DNA of 64,000 bases from Comamonadaceae bacterium. Its GTDB lineage: Bacteria > Pseudomonadota > Gammaproteobacteria > Burkholderiales > Burkholderiaceae_C. Below are positions 18,117-27,741 of this stretch, one piece after another. Under the pieces are notes generated by a model. The model had not been told where the DNA came from and did no database searches. It saw nothing but the letters and a program-made list of their open reading frames with translations. Location of the stretch: positions 27,954-91,953 of the forward strand of contig JAAFIY010000001.1 of assembly GCA_013297985.1 (NCBI GenBank), given 5' to 3'. Each line of letters starts with the position of its first letter. Within the stretch, counting starts at the first letter, position 1. A program made the position numbers and the translations under genes.

Positions 18117-18506
18117 CTAATCAACCGCTCGGCTTTGCGGCGCAAGCAGTGCGCGCACTCGGGACAGCAACTGGTCCAGATCGAAGGGCTTAAGCAGGTA
18201 GTCATTGGCACCGGCCTCAATCGCACGAAGCCGATCTTTGGCGGTGTCCCGCGCCGACGCAATCAGCACCGGCATAGAGCTGCCCATGGCTCGCAGGCCC
18301 GCCAGCACCACCATGCCGTCTTTCTTGGGCAAGCCCAGATCCAAAATAGCGAGCTCATAGGCACTACTTGCCAAGGCGCGCAGCGCCTCGTCGCCGTCGG
18401 TCACCCAATCAACCACAAAGCCCCCAGCGCGCAGCCCTTGGCGGATGGCTTTGCCGACCATGGTGTCGTCTTCCACCAGCAAGATGCGTAGGGCCGTGTC
18501 GTGCAT
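18117..18506 (-). CDS. single-domain response regulator (receiver only)
   Basis: ILLVEDD...LAILDLGLPKKDG...DYLLKPF give the complete REC motifs. There is no output domain. ATG 18506. Confidence 0.8.
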   Translation of the reverse strand: MHDTALRILLVEDDTMVGKAIRQGLRAGGFVVDWVTDGDEALRALASSAYELAILDLGLPKKDGMVVLAGLRAMGSSMPVLIASARDTAKDRLRAIEAGANDYLLKPFDLDQLLSRVRALLAPQSRAVD

Positions 18507-18840
18507 CAACACGCCCCCACCGGCTGGCGAGCCGCCAGACGAGCGAAGCCAGTGGCAGCCACGCCGCAGCATGAGCAGATCGTGAGCGTTAAAGAAGCAA
18601 GCAATTCAGACACCTCGGGCCTTGGCTACACGGCAGCAGGCACGGCCTTTTTGCACCACCACCAATGCGGGATGCTAGGGTCCGGCACCTTAACCTTGGC
18701 TTAAGCGAGCCGCTGAGCGTGACCGCCAAGCAACGCCGCCACCCACGAGTGCACGGGCGCAGCTACCCCCGGTCGGTGGCGCTCACGTCTCAAGGCCCCT
18801 TGTAGGATGCAAACGATTTGCTGAAGTACAGAGGCCTCCT

Positions 18841-19653
18841 TTGAAACTCGCTACCTGGAATGTCAATTCCCTTGCCGTGCGTTTGCCACAAGTACTCGAT
18901 TGGCTTGGCGCCAACCCGGTCGACCTACTGGCGCTGCAGGAGTTGAAGCTCACCGACGATAAATTTCCGCACGACGCCTTGCGCGAAGCAGGCTACCAGT
19001 GCGCAGTGTTTGGCCAAAAAACCTACAACGGCGTGGCCCTGCTCACGCGCCGACCTATCGACGCAGTGGTGCGCAATATCCCGGGCTTTGAAGACGACAT
19101 GGCGCGGGTGATCAGCGCCACGGTACCCACCGACGGCGATCTGCCCGCACTGCGGGTGGTGGGCGCGTATTTCCCCAACGGGCAGGCGCCAGACAGCGAC
19201 AAATTTGCCTACAAGATGCGCTGGCTGGCCGCGCTGCGCCATTGGCTGCAAGCCGAGCTGGTGGCCCACCCCAACCTGGTGCTGATGGGCGACTTCAACA
19301 TCACCTTTGACGACGCTGATGTGTGGGACCCGGTGGGCATGGCCGGGCAAATCCACTGCACGGATGAAGAACGCGCCCATCTGCAGGCGCTGATCGGTTT
19401 GGGCTTGGTCGACAGCCTGCGCCTGTTCAATCACCCGCCCAAAACCTATACCTGGTGGGACTACCGCGAGATGGCTTTTCGGCGCAACCGCGGCCTGCGC
19501 ATTGACCATGTGCTCATCAGCCAGCCGCTGCGACTATTGGCCCGCGCCTGTGCGGTGGACCGTGCCCCGCGCAAAAACGAGCGGCCGAGTGATCACGCAC
19601 CGGTGGTGTTGTCGTTGTCATCCGCCACTGACGGCGCTGCCATCGCCGCTTGA
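18841..19653 (+). CDS. xthA: exodeoxyribonuclease III
   Basis: MKLATWNVNSL...LQELK...GDFN...SDHAP. The start is TTG. Confidence 0.9.
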   Translation: MKLATWNVNSLAVRLPQVLDWLGANPVDLLALQELKLTDDKFPHDALREAGYQCAVFGQKTYNGVALLTRRPIDAVVRNIPGFEDDMARVISATVPTDGDLPALRVVGAYFPNGQAPDSDKFAYKMRWLAALRHWLQAELVAHPNLVLMGDFNITFDDADVWDPVGMAGQIHCTDEERAHLQALIGLGLVDSLRLFNHPPKTYTWWDYREMAFRRNRGLRIDHVLISQPLRLLARACAVDRAPRKNERPSDHAPVVLSLSSATDGAAIAA

Positions 19654-20477
19654 GTGTTGGCCAACAGCGGTGGCGCGCCCGGCTGCTCTAAGGGCGCGTC
19701 AACTGCCGCACGGTAGGCGTGCCAAGTGGCGTGCCCCAAAACCGGCCCCACCACCAGCAGCCCGCCAAACCAGGGCAGCATGGCCCCCCCCACCAGCGCG
19801 GTGATCAGCGCGCCCCACAGCAGCATCACCAAGGGTTGCCCCAACACCAAGCGCATGCTGGTCAGCCCTGCGGTCACCGCATCGGTGGGCTGGTGCAAGA
19901 TCATGGGAATGGCCACCACGCTGATGGCATAAATCAGCCCGGCAAACACGCCACCTACAGCCAAGTAGGCCACGATAAAGCCCAGGTTCTCGGCCGCCAG
20001 CAGCGACGCAATAGAGCCTTTGAAGTCAGGCATGCCGTCAAAGCTCACTGCAAACACCACCAACGCGGCACGGCCCCAGAGCATTTCCAAAATCAACAGC
20101 ACAACTCCAAAAATGGCGAGCGGCCCAATGCGCTTGTCCCAGGCCATCAAACAGTCGAAAAACTCGGGCGTTTCGCCGCGCTCGAGCCGATAGCTGGCCT
20201 GATAAAGCCCCAAGCACAGCAGCGGCCCCATCAGTAAGAAGCCGGCTGACAAGGCCAGCGTGTAGGCCGGTGCGTGTTGAAACACCGCCAACAGCAACCA
20301 GCCCATCACGGCAAAACAGTTGCCGTAGAACAGGCCAATAAAGGGGCAACGAAGAAAGTCACGCGCACCAGCGGCCAGCCAGCGAAACGGGTCGCCCAAG
20401 CTGAGCCCACGGATGGGGGCGATAAAGGCGACATCGCTGGGTGGGGCACCAGTGGGCGGCGGTGCGGGGGTGGTCAT
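19593..20477 (-). CDS. DUF2189-like integral membrane protein
   Basis: 294 aa with about 6 TM segments. The N-terminal GDPFRWLAAGARDF motif is as I recall for DUF2189. Its 3' end overlaps the xthA 3' end by 61 nt. Confidence 0.6.
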   Translation of the reverse strand: MTTPAPPPTGAPPSDVAFIAPIRGLSLGDPFRWLAAGARDFLRCPFIGLFYGNCFAVMGWLLLAVFQHAPAYTLALSAGFLLMGPLLCLGLYQASYRLERGETPEFFDCLMAWDKRIGPLAIFGVVLLILEMLWGRAALVVFAVSFDGMPDFKGSIASLLAAENLGFIVAYLAVGGVFAGLIYAISVVAIPMILHQPTDAVTAGLTSMRLVLGQPLVMLLWGALITALVGGAMLPWFGGLLVVGPVLGHATWHAYRAAVDAPLEQPGAPPLLANTQAAMAAPSVADDNDNTTGA

Positions 20478-20599
20478 GGCACCCGGTCTCCTGAGGCATT
20501 GCGGCAGCGCCAGACTAGCGGGGCCCGCGTCGGCGGCGCCTGAGCCAGATCAAGCAAACCGCTGCAATCGCGCAAAGGCGCGCTGCAGCGCGTCGAGCA

Positions 20600-22042
20600 T
20601 TAGCCCCTAACGCGCCGCAGGATCTGGCCCGCCCTATCGTCAGCTTGATCGCCGTCATCCACCGCGATGCGCCCATTGACCAGCACCCAGCGGATGCCCT
20701 TGGGTGCGGCAACTGGCAGGTCAAAGGTGGCGCCGTCCAGCACTTGATCGGCGTCAAACACGGTGACGTCAGCAGCCGCCCCCACCCGCAATTCGCCCCG
20801 CGCGGCCAAGCCAAAACGCTTTGCAGTCAGGCCCGTCATTTTGTGAACGGCAGCCTCCAGCGCCAACACTTGGCGCTGGCGCACATAGTGACCCAGCACG
20901 CGCGGAAAGGTGCCCCACAGCCGCGGGTGGGGCACTGGGTCATGGGGCAAGCCGTCTGAGCCAATCATCACCAGCGGATGGGCCAAGATGCGGTCGACAT
21001 CCTCGTCGCTCATGGCAAAGTAGATCGCGCCGCCTGGCACCAACTGGGTGGCCAAGGTGGTGGGGTCCATGTCGCGTTCGGCCGCCATGGTGAACAGCGA
21101 TCGGCCTGCGGCTTCAGGCTCCACGGCTGACCAGGTGATGCGCACATCGCTTGACACCGCCACACGCGCAGGCAGCAGCATGGTGGACGAGGCCACATAG
21201 GGATAGCAGTCCATGCACACCGACTGACTGAGAGCGGCCTGCTCCACCAAAGCCAGCGTCCGCGCCGAACCGCCATGGTTGGCGCTGCCAATTAGTTTGT
21301 GATGCGACAGCACCAGCGGCGCATTCACCGCCTGGCCTACGGCCAGCGCCTCGCGCAGTGCGGCATCAATGGCGTCACCTTCATCGCGAATGTGCATGGT
21401 GATCAGGCCCGCGCCATCGCGCAGCGGCTGGGCCACGTCGATCAGTTCCTGCGTGGTGGCCGCACGGGCCTGCGGGTAGTACACGCCCGTGGACAAGCCA
21501 ATGGCTCCGGCGTCCAAGGCCTCTTGTAGCGCCGCTTGCATGCGGGCTGTCTCGGGCGCGGTGGCGGCCCGGTCTAGGTTGTCCATGGCATGTTGGCGAA
21601 GCGTGCTGTGGCCCACCAACACGGCGGCGTTAACCCCCGGCTGCGCCGCCCGCAGGTCGGCCATGTAGGCGGCCATGGTGCCGTGGCGGCGCGGGCTGTC
21701 GCCCCGTTTATCCACCGCCGCACTCAACAGCGACGGCGGTGCATCAGGCGCCATGGGAGCCAGGCTAAAGCCGCAGTTGCCCGACACCACGGTGGTCACG
21801 CCTTGCAGCAGCTTGGGGTGAGCAGTGGGGTGCTCTAGCAGCAGCAGGTCGTCATGGGTGTGGCAGTCAATAAAGCCGGGGGCCACGATAAGCCCCTGCG
21901 CATCAATGCGGCGTTGGGCAGCTTCAGCCCGCAGATCGCCCAACGCGACCACCGTGCCGTTGCGGATGCCGACGTCGGCACGCCGACGGGGGGCACCGCT
22001 GCCATCGATCAGGGTTCCGCCTTCGATCAGTATGTCCAGCAT
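20600..22042 (-). CDS. N-acyl-D-amino-acid deacylase (D-aminoacylase), amidohydrolase superfamily
   Basis: MLDILIEGGTLIDGSG...GFIDCHTHDD...VMIGSDG. ATG 22042 lies 1 nt after the stop of the upstream TctC gene. Confidence 0.85.
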   Translation of the reverse strand: MLDILIEGGTLIDGSGAPRRRADVGIRNGTVVALGDLRAEAAQRRIDAQGLIVAPGFIDCHTHDDLLLLEHPTAHPKLLQGVTTVVSGNCGFSLAPMAPDAPPSLLSAAVDKRGDSPRRHGTMAAYMADLRAAQPGVNAAVLVGHSTLRQHAMDNLDRAATAPETARMQAALQEALDAGAIGLSTGVYYPQARAATTQELIDVAQPLRDGAGLITMHIRDEGDAIDAALREALAVGQAVNAPLVLSHHKLIGSANHGGSARTLALVEQAALSQSVCMDCYPYVASSTMLLPARVAVSSDVRITWSAVEPEAAGRSLFTMAAERDMDPTTLATQLVPGGAIYFAMSDEDVDRILAHPLVMIGSDGLPHDPVPHPRLWGTFPRVLGHYVRQRQVLALEAAVHKMTGLTAKRFGLAARGELRVGAAADVTVFDADQVLDGATFDLPVAAPKGIRWVLVNGRIAVDDGDQADDRAGQILRRVRG

Positions 22043-22043
22043 G

Positions 22044-23024
22044 TCAGTCCAGCTTGGCCCCTGATCGCCGAATGACATCGGCCCAAACGGGCTGCTCGCG
22101 TCGAGCTTGTTCAAACAGGCGTTCGGGTGGCCCTGCCAGTGGCTCCCACGAAATATTGGCCCAGCGCTCTGCCGTGCTTGGGCTTGTCATGATGCGGCCG
22201 ATTTCGGTGTTCAAGCGCTGCACCACATCACGCGGGGTGCCCGCCGGTGCCACGATGCCGCCCCAGGCGACGATTTCGTAGTCAGGCAGACCGGACTCCT
22301 TGAGCGTGGGCAGGTCAGGAAAAGCGGGCGAGCGGCGGCTACCCGACACCGCCAAAGCCATCACCCGACCGCCGCGAATGTGCGGGCCGATGGAAGAGAG
22401 GTTGTCAAACATCATGTCGACCTGGCCGCCCATCAGGTCTTGAATCGCCTGCGGGCTGCCTCGATACGGTACATGCACCACAAAAGTCTTGGTCTGGCTT
22501 TTAAACAACTCACCGCCCAGATGCCCGGTGGTGCCGTTGCCGGCCGATCCCATGGTGAGCTTGCCCGGACGGCTGCGCGCCAGGGCCACCAATTCGGCCA
22601 CGCTTTTCACACCCAGATCGCGGCGCACCACCAGCGCGTTTTGCACAAAGCCCATCATGGCCACGGGCATCAACTGGGTGTCGCGTTGGTAGGGCAGTGT
22701 GCTGAACAACGACAGGTTGATCGACAGCGTCCCCACATTGGCGTAGCCCAGGGTGTAGCCGTCAGGCGCTGACCGCGCCAAGTCGAGCGTGCCGATGTTG
22801 CCGCTGGCACCGGGTTTGTTGTCGATCACCACGGCTTGTCCGAGCGACTTGGCGAGCTCACTGCCCAGCAGGCGACAGATCACGTCCGGCGAGCCGCCTG
22901 CCGCAAAAGGCACGATCAGGCGAATCGGCCGATCGGGCCACGCCGCGCGCGCTTGCCCGGCTGCGCCGAGCAGCGGCAAGCTGGCCAACCGCGTCAGAAC
23001 TTTGCGTCGGTCATACAGTTTCAT
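22044..23024 (-). CDS. Bug/TctC-family tripartite tricarboxylate transporter substrate-binding protein
   Basis: Signal peptide followed by WPDRPIRLIVPFAAGGSPDVICRLL. ATG 23024 has the SD AGGAGGG. Confidence 0.88.
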   Translation of the reverse strand: MKLYDRRKVLTRLASLPLLGAAGQARAAWPDRPIRLIVPFAAGGSPDVICRLLGSELAKSLGQAVVIDNKPGASGNIGTLDLARSAPDGYTLGYANVGTLSINLSLFSTLPYQRDTQLMPVAMMGFVQNALVVRRDLGVKSVAELVALARSRPGKLTMGSAGNGTTGHLGGELFKSQTKTFVVHVPYRGSPQAIQDLMGGQVDMMFDNLSSIGPHIRGGRVMALAVSGSRRSPAFPDLPTLKESGLPDYEIVAWGGIVAPAGTPRDVVQRLNTEIGRIMTSPSTAERWANISWEPLAGPPERLFEQARREQPVWADVIRRSGAKLD

Positions 23025-23112
23025 GATGCAGCCCTCCTGTTTACGCCCACTGTAGTTGCGCTGTACAAGCGACACAATCAATGAATGCTTTCGCGCTGCA
23101 TGAGGATTACTT

Positions 23113-24042
23113 ATGAGCCGCCTGCCATCGTCCACTGCTTTGTCGTGTTTTGAGGCGGCCGCTCGGCTGGGCAGCTTCACCCGGGCCGGGTACGAACTGC
23201 AGTTGACGCAGGCCGCCGTAAGCCGCCAAGTGATCGGCTTGGAATCTCGGCTGGATGTGGCCTTGTTTCAGCGCCAACCCGGCGCGCTGATGCTGACTGA
23301 AGCAGGCCGCGCATTTTTGGCCGAGGTGCGCCCTGCCCTTCAACGCATTGAACGCGCCGCCGCTGCGGCCAGCGCACTCAAGGGGCGCGGCGGGCGTTTG
23401 AGGCTGTCGGTGGCTTCGTCGCTGTGTAACTACTGGCTGATTCCCAGGCTGCCAGCCTTTACCCGCCAGCACCCCGAAATCACCTTGGACATGGCCACGC
23501 GCATTGGGCCTGCGGACTTTACCGACGGCCGGCTCGACGCTTCGCTCGAGTTTGGCGACGGGCAACGCACCGACGCGGTGTGCACCCTGGTGCTGGCACT
23601 AGAGCTAAGGCCCGTGGCCTCGCCCGCTTGGGTTGATCGCCACGGCGCGCAGCTGTCAGCCCACACCCCCGGCGCCGCCCTCATCCACCAAAGCACCGTG
23701 CCCGAGGCCTGGCCGGGCTGGTTTGCCGCTGCCGGGCTGACGCTGGCACCCGCCCCTGGCGGGCCGCGCCACGACCAATTGGCCATGGCGCTGCATGCGG
23801 CCCTGGCTGGGCTGGGCGTGGCCTTGTTGCCCAGCTTCATGGCCGATGACGCGGTCGCCGCGGGGCAGTTGATGCTGCTGTCGCCCTTGAGCTGGCGGGC
23901 CCACCGCGCCTATCACTTGGCCGTGCCGCACCGGGCCGCGCATTTGCCCGCTGTGGCCCCTTTTGCGCAGTGGCTGATGTCATTGACCGCCCAGGCCTCG
24001 CCGATAGCAGCGTTGGCGGGGCCAGAAACGAAAACGGGTTAG
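23113..24042 (+). CDS. LysR-family transcriptional regulator (GcvA-like)
   Basis: N-terminal HTH LSCFEAAARLGSFTRAGYELQLTQAAVSRQV. Divergent from the TctC/aminoacylase pair. Confidence 0.88.
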   Translation: MSRLPSSTALSCFEAAARLGSFTRAGYELQLTQAAVSRQVIGLESRLDVALFQRQPGALMLTEAGRAFLAEVRPALQRIERAAAAASALKGRGGRLRLSVASSLCNYWLIPRLPAFTRQHPEITLDMATRIGPADFTDGRLDASLEFGDGQRTDAVCTLVLALELRPVASPAWVDRHGAQLSAHTPGAALIHQSTVPEAWPGWFAAAGLTLAPAPGGPRHDQLAMALHAALAGLGVALLPSFMADDAVAAGQLMLLSPLSWRAHRAYHLAVPHRAAHLPAVAPFAQWLMSLTAQASPIAALAGPETKTG

Positions 24043-24061
24043 CCCCTTATGAGAGCTAACC
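24026..24061 (-). terminator. intrinsic terminator downstream of tRNA-Pro
   Basis: Minus strand reads GGGTTAGC-N10-GCTAACCC followed by GTTTTCGTTTC. It overlaps the LysR stop codon. Confidence 0.55.
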
Positions 24062-24080
24062 CGTCGAACAGATAACAGAT

Positions 24081-24157
24081 TGGTCGGCGTGGCGGGATTC
24101 GAACTCGCGACCCCTTGCACCCCATGCAAGTGCGCTACCAGGCTGCGCTACACGCCG
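24081..24157 (-). tRNA. tRNA-Pro (anticodon GGG)
   Basis: Hand-folded 77 nt: acceptor CGGCGTG/CACGCCG, D arm GCGC-AGCCTGGTA-GCGC, anticodon arm CTTGC-ATGGGGT-GCAAG, T loop TTCGAAT, encoded CCA. The T stem has one A:C mismatch. Confidence 0.9.
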
Positions 24158-24231
24158 AGCCAGCCATTATAGCCCGCCGATCACCCGCTCTTTGGCCAGG
24201 CGGCGGCTGGCGAACAGCGAGTGGGGCTCCG

Positions 24232-24762
24232 TCAACCGTCGTGGGCCAAAAGTTCGCGGATGCGGATCAGTTCGCGCCTGACTTCGGCACTGGCCAACAT
24301 CGGCGCAGATGCATCCGCCCCCAGGCTCACAGCGTGGTTGGCGGCGCTGCCGACCATTTCGGCCATGGCCGCTGTGGGCTGGCCACGCACACCGGGGTTG
24401 ACGCCGCCGCCCATGTAGGCAAGCGCTGCCTCCAAGGCCGAGTCGTCGTCGGGCAAGACCGAATCGGGCGCACCCACCACGGCGGCGGCTTGCTCGGCCA
24501 CTTCATGGGCCACGTCGGTTAATTTGTTGCGTGCACCACTAATGGTGAACCCTTGCTCGTAGAGCAAATCGCGGATTCGGCGAATCATCAGCACCTCATG
24601 GTGCTGGTAATAGCGGCGGTTGCCGCGGCGCTTCATGGGGCGCAGTTGGGTGAACTCTTGCTCCCAATATCGCAGCACGTGAGGCTTGACAGCACACAGT
24701 TCCCCGACTTCACCGATGGTGAAGTAGCGCTTGGGCGGGATCGGTGGAAGGGCTGTAGACAC
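24232..24762 (-). CDS. MerR-family transcriptional regulator
   Basis: YFTIGEVGELCAVKPHVLRYWEQEF...RGNRRYY is a MerR HTH. It holds the conserved position after ihfA. Confidence 0.85.
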   Translation of the reverse strand: MSTALPPIPPKRYFTIGEVGELCAVKPHVLRYWEQEFTQLRPMKRRGNRRYYQHHEVLMIRRIRDLLYEQGFTISGARNKLTDVAHEVAEQAAAVVGAPDSVLPDDDSALEAALAYMGGGVNPGVRGQPTAAMAEMVGSAANHAVSLGADASAPMLASAEVRRELIRIRELLAHDG

Positions 24763-24800
24763 GGTATAAGCGCCAATAAAATCAACGCTCTAGACACGAA

Positions 24801-24822
24801 TGCTTCGAGATTACTCGAAGCA
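24801..24822 (-). other. perfect 9-bp hairpin TGCTTCGAG-ATTA-CTCGAAGCA between ihfA and merR
   Basis: Read directly from the sequence. There is no U tract, so its function (processing or partial terminator) is unknown. Confidence 0.35.
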
Positions 24823-24830
24823 CAGCCGGC

Positions 24831-25160
24831 TCACAACCCGGGGCTTGTCGGCTGTTGCAACAGCTCTTTGAGTTTGTGGCTGGCGTGAAACGTCACCACC
24901 CGCCGGGCATCGATGGGCACCGCCTCGCCGGTGCGCGGGTTACGACCCGGGCGCGGAGCCTTGACGCGGATCTGAAAGTTGCCAAACCCCGAAATCTTCA
25001 CGTCATGCCCCTCGACCAATTGGGCGCTGACGAGGTCAAAGAAAGCGTCCACGATGTCTTTGGACTCGCGCTTGTTCAGGCCGATCTGCTCAAACAGCAT
25101 GTTGGCCAATTCCGCTTTGGTGAGCGCCGGGGTTTCGATAGAGGCAAGCGAGATTTCCAT
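24831..25160 (-). CDS. ihfA: integration host factor subunit alpha
   Basis: [30 protein letters not shown]...[11 protein letters not shown] 25160 has the SD GAGGAG. The upstream ATG 25193 lies inside a repeat hairpin. Confidence 0.92.
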   Translation of the reverse strand: MEISLASIETPALTKAELANMLFEQIGLNKRESKDIVDAFFDLVSAQLVEGHDVKISGFGNFQIRVKAPRPGRNPRTGEAVPIDARRVVTFHASHKLKELLQQPTSPGL

Positions 25161-25179
25161 GGCTGCGGGCTCCTCATTT

Positions 25180-25240
25180 GCTATATTTTTCATAGCTGCT
25201 TAGGCTTATTTTTATTGCGCTAGCGGCATAAAACTTGACC
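25180..25240 (+). repeat. REP-like element, variant core (GCTAT-ATTTTTC-ATAGC TGCTTAGGCTTATTTTTATTGCGCTAGCGGC)
   Basis: Hairpin at 25180-25196, in the pheT-ihfA spacer. Confidence 0.5.
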
Positions 25241-25245
25241 CAACT

Positions 25246-27702
25246 CTAGCCGCGCAGCCGGGCGCCCGCGCGCTGGGTGGCGCTGGCCACCACGGCGGCC
25301 ACCGTGGCGTCGATTTGGCTGTCGGTCAGTGCCTCATCGTGGGCCAGGGTCAGCCGCAAGGCCATGCTTTTTTCGCCCTCGGCCATGCCAGGGGTGGCGC
25401 GGCCCGCCGTGGGGCGGAACACATCAAACAAGGCCGCCGACTGCACCAGGCCCTGCGTGGGCGCTGCGTGCACAGCCGCCAGCAAATCGTCGTGGCTGAC
25501 GGCGTCGGCCACCACCAAGGCCAAGTCCCGCCGCACCGGCTGCTGGCGGGCCAGCGCCTGGGTTTGCGGCAGCGGTTTGGCCAGCGCATCGGCCAAATCC
25601 AGTTCAAACAGCAGCACGCCGGTAGGCAGTTCCCACTTTTGGGCCCAGCGGGGGTGTAGTTCACCCACGTGGCCAATGCACACATCACCCAGCCACACAG
25701 CGGCAGCGCGGCCGGGATGCAGCGCAGGGTGCGCCCGCTCGGACGCGGCGGGCGTGTAGCGCGGTTGCAGCGGCGCCAGCAGGGTATGGACGTCGCCCTT
25801 GATGTCAAAGAAGTCGGCGCCTGCGCGGCCAGTGCCTTCACTGCCCCATTGCAGTGCTTGCGCCGGGCCCCACATGAGGCCGCCCACCCGCATCGGTTGG
25901 TTCACCCCAGCCACGCTGTGGCTGCCATCGGTGGCAGCGCCGTCGCGCATAAACACCCGGCCAATTTCAAACACCCGCACCCGCTCGGCGCGGCGGTCTA
26001 GGTTGTGCTTGAGCACTTGCAAGAGCGAACCCATCAGCGTGGAGCGCATGACCGCCAAGGGCGCCGCAATGGGGTTGAGCAGGCGCACCGGCTGGGTGTT
26101 GCAGGCCAAGTCGGCTTCCCACGCTTCTTCAACAAAGCTGAAGCTAATCGTTTCTTGATAGCCCAGCGCGGCCAGGGCATGGCGCAGGGCAAAGCGGTCG
26201 CGGGTGTGTTCGCTGCGGGCCTGCGGCGCCACGGGGGCCAGCGGTGCGGTGTCGGGCAGCAGCGCAAAGCCCACGATGCGGGCGACTTCTTCGATCAGGT
26301 CTTCTTCAAGTGCCAAGTCGAACCGGTACGCGGGCGGGCTCACGATGAGGGCATCGCCCTGCGCGTTGAGCCGCGCGGGCAACTGCAGGCGCTGCATCAC
26401 GTCCAGACACTGCTGGGCGGTGATGGGCATACCAATCACTTTGGCAGCGCGAGCCACGCGCAGGGTGACATCAGGCCGCTCGGGCAAGCGGGTGACTTGG
26501 TCGGTCATGGGCCCGGGTTGGCCGCCGCAAATCTGCAGCACCAACTGAGTGATGTGCTCGATGTGCTCCACCGTGCTGCTGGGGTCTACCCCGCGCTCAA
26601 AGCGCTGGCCTGCATCGGTGCTGAAGTTGTAGCGGCGTGATCGTCCCTGCACCGAGGTGGGCCACCAAAAGGCGGCTTCGATGTAGATGTCGCGGGTGTT
26701 GTCGCCGACAGCCGTGGCGTCGCCGCCCATGATGCCGGCCAGCGCCTCAACGCCCCGGTCATCCGCAATCACGCCCACCTGAGCATCCACGCTGATGGTG
26801 TTGCCGTTGAGCAGCTTGACGGTTTCGCCCGCCTGGCCCCAGCGCACCACCAGCGACCCATGAATCTGGCCGCGATCAAAAATGTGGCTGGGGCGGCCAA
26901 ACTCAAACATCACATAGTTGGAGATGTCCACCAGCGCGCTCACGCTGCGCTGGCCGCAACGGGCCAAGCGCTGCACCATCCAATCAGGCGTGCGGGCTTG
27001 GGGGTTTACGCCCTGCACCACCCGGCCTGAAAAGCGGCCACACAAATCAGCGGCTTGCACCTGCGCCGGCAGCACCTCAGTGGTGGTGGCGGCAACGGGC
27101 TTGAAGCTCGGCACTTTCAAGGACGCACCGGTGATGGCCGACAGCTCGCGCGCCACGCCGTACACGCTCATCGCATGGCCCAGGTTGGGCGTGAGCTTGA
27201 GGGTGAGCACCTGGTCATCCAGCGCCAACACCTGGCGCAAATTGGTGCCCAGCGGTGCGTCAGCGGCCAGCTCCAGCAGGCCGGATGCGTCGTCGTCAAT
27301 GCCCAGTTCGGCAGCAGAGCACAGCATGCCAAAGCTGTCCACACCGCGCAGCTTGCCGGTGCCGATGCTGAAGGGCTTGCCATCGGCCGTGGGCGGCAGT
27401 TGTGCGCCCACTTGGGCCAGGGGCACACGGATGCCTACCCGCGCGTTGGGTGCGCCGCACACCACTTGCAGCAGGGGTGCGTTCGCGTCGGCACTGGCTT
27501 GCACGCCACACACCCTCAGCCGGTCGGCATTGGGGTGCTGTTCACACGTCACGATTTGGCCCACCACCACGCCAGTGAAGGCGGGCGCTGCGGGGCGGAT
27601 GTCTTCCACCTCAAAACCGGCCATGGTCAGGGCGTCGGCCAGTTCGGGGGTGCTTAGCGCGGGGTTGCAGAACTCGCGCAACCAGCTCTCAGGAATTTGC
27701 AT
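25246..27702 (-). CDS. pheT: phenylalanine--tRNA ligase beta subunit
   Basis: 818 aa. MQIPESWLREFCNP..., with tRNA-binding, B3/4, B5 and FDX-ACB regions recognisable. Confidence 0.96.
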   Translation of the reverse strand: MQIPESWLREFCNPALSTPELADALTMAGFEVEDIRPAAPAFTGVVVGQIVTCEQHPNADRLRVCGVQASADANAPLLQVVCGAPNARVGIRVPLAQVGAQLPPTADGKPFSIGTGKLRGVDSFGMLCSAAELGIDDDASGLLELAADAPLGTNLRQVLALDDQVLTLKLTPNLGHAMSVYGVARELSAITGASLKVPSFKPVAATTTEVLPAQVQAADLCGRFSGRVVQGVNPQARTPDWMVQRLARCGQRSVSALVDISNYVMFEFGRPSHIFDRGQIHGSLVVRWGQAGETVKLLNGNTISVDAQVGVIADDRGVEALAGIMGGDATAVGDNTRDIYIEAAFWWPTSVQGRSRRYNFSTDAGQRFERGVDPSSTVEHIEHITQLVLQICGGQPGPMTDQVTRLPERPDVTLRVARAAKVIGMPITAQQCLDVMQRLQLPARLNAQGDALIVSPPAYRFDLALEEDLIEEVARIVGFALLPDTAPLAPVAPQARSEHTRDRFALRHALAALGYQETISFSFVEEAWEADLACNTQPVRLLNPIAAPLAVMRSTLMGSLLQVLKHNLDRRAERVRVFEIGRVFMRDGAATDGSHSVAGVNQPMRVGGLMWGPAQALQWGSEGTGRAGADFFDIKGDVHTLLAPLQPRYTPAASERAHPALHPGRAAAVWLGDVCIGHVGELHPRWAQKWELPTGVLLFELDLADALAKPLPQTQALARQQPVRRDLALVVADAVSHDDLLAAVHAAPTQGLVQSAALFDVFRPTAGRATPGMAEGEKSMALRLTLAHDEALTDSQIDATVAAVVASATQRAGARLRG

Positions 27703-27741
27703 GGCGGAACAACGGGCTTTTTGATCGGTGCAGCGGCGGCT

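Noticed and set aside
18501-18704. 67-aa ORF in the receiver/xthA divergent spacer
   Set aside because: It has no SD and no motif, and it overlaps the likely promoter region. The evidence is insufficient to call a gene.
23062-23076. LysR T-N11-A-type box (TGT-N9-ACA) in the LysR/TctC divergent spacer
   Set aside because: Only 3-bp arms are present. Such matches are frequent by chance, so it was not reported as a feature.
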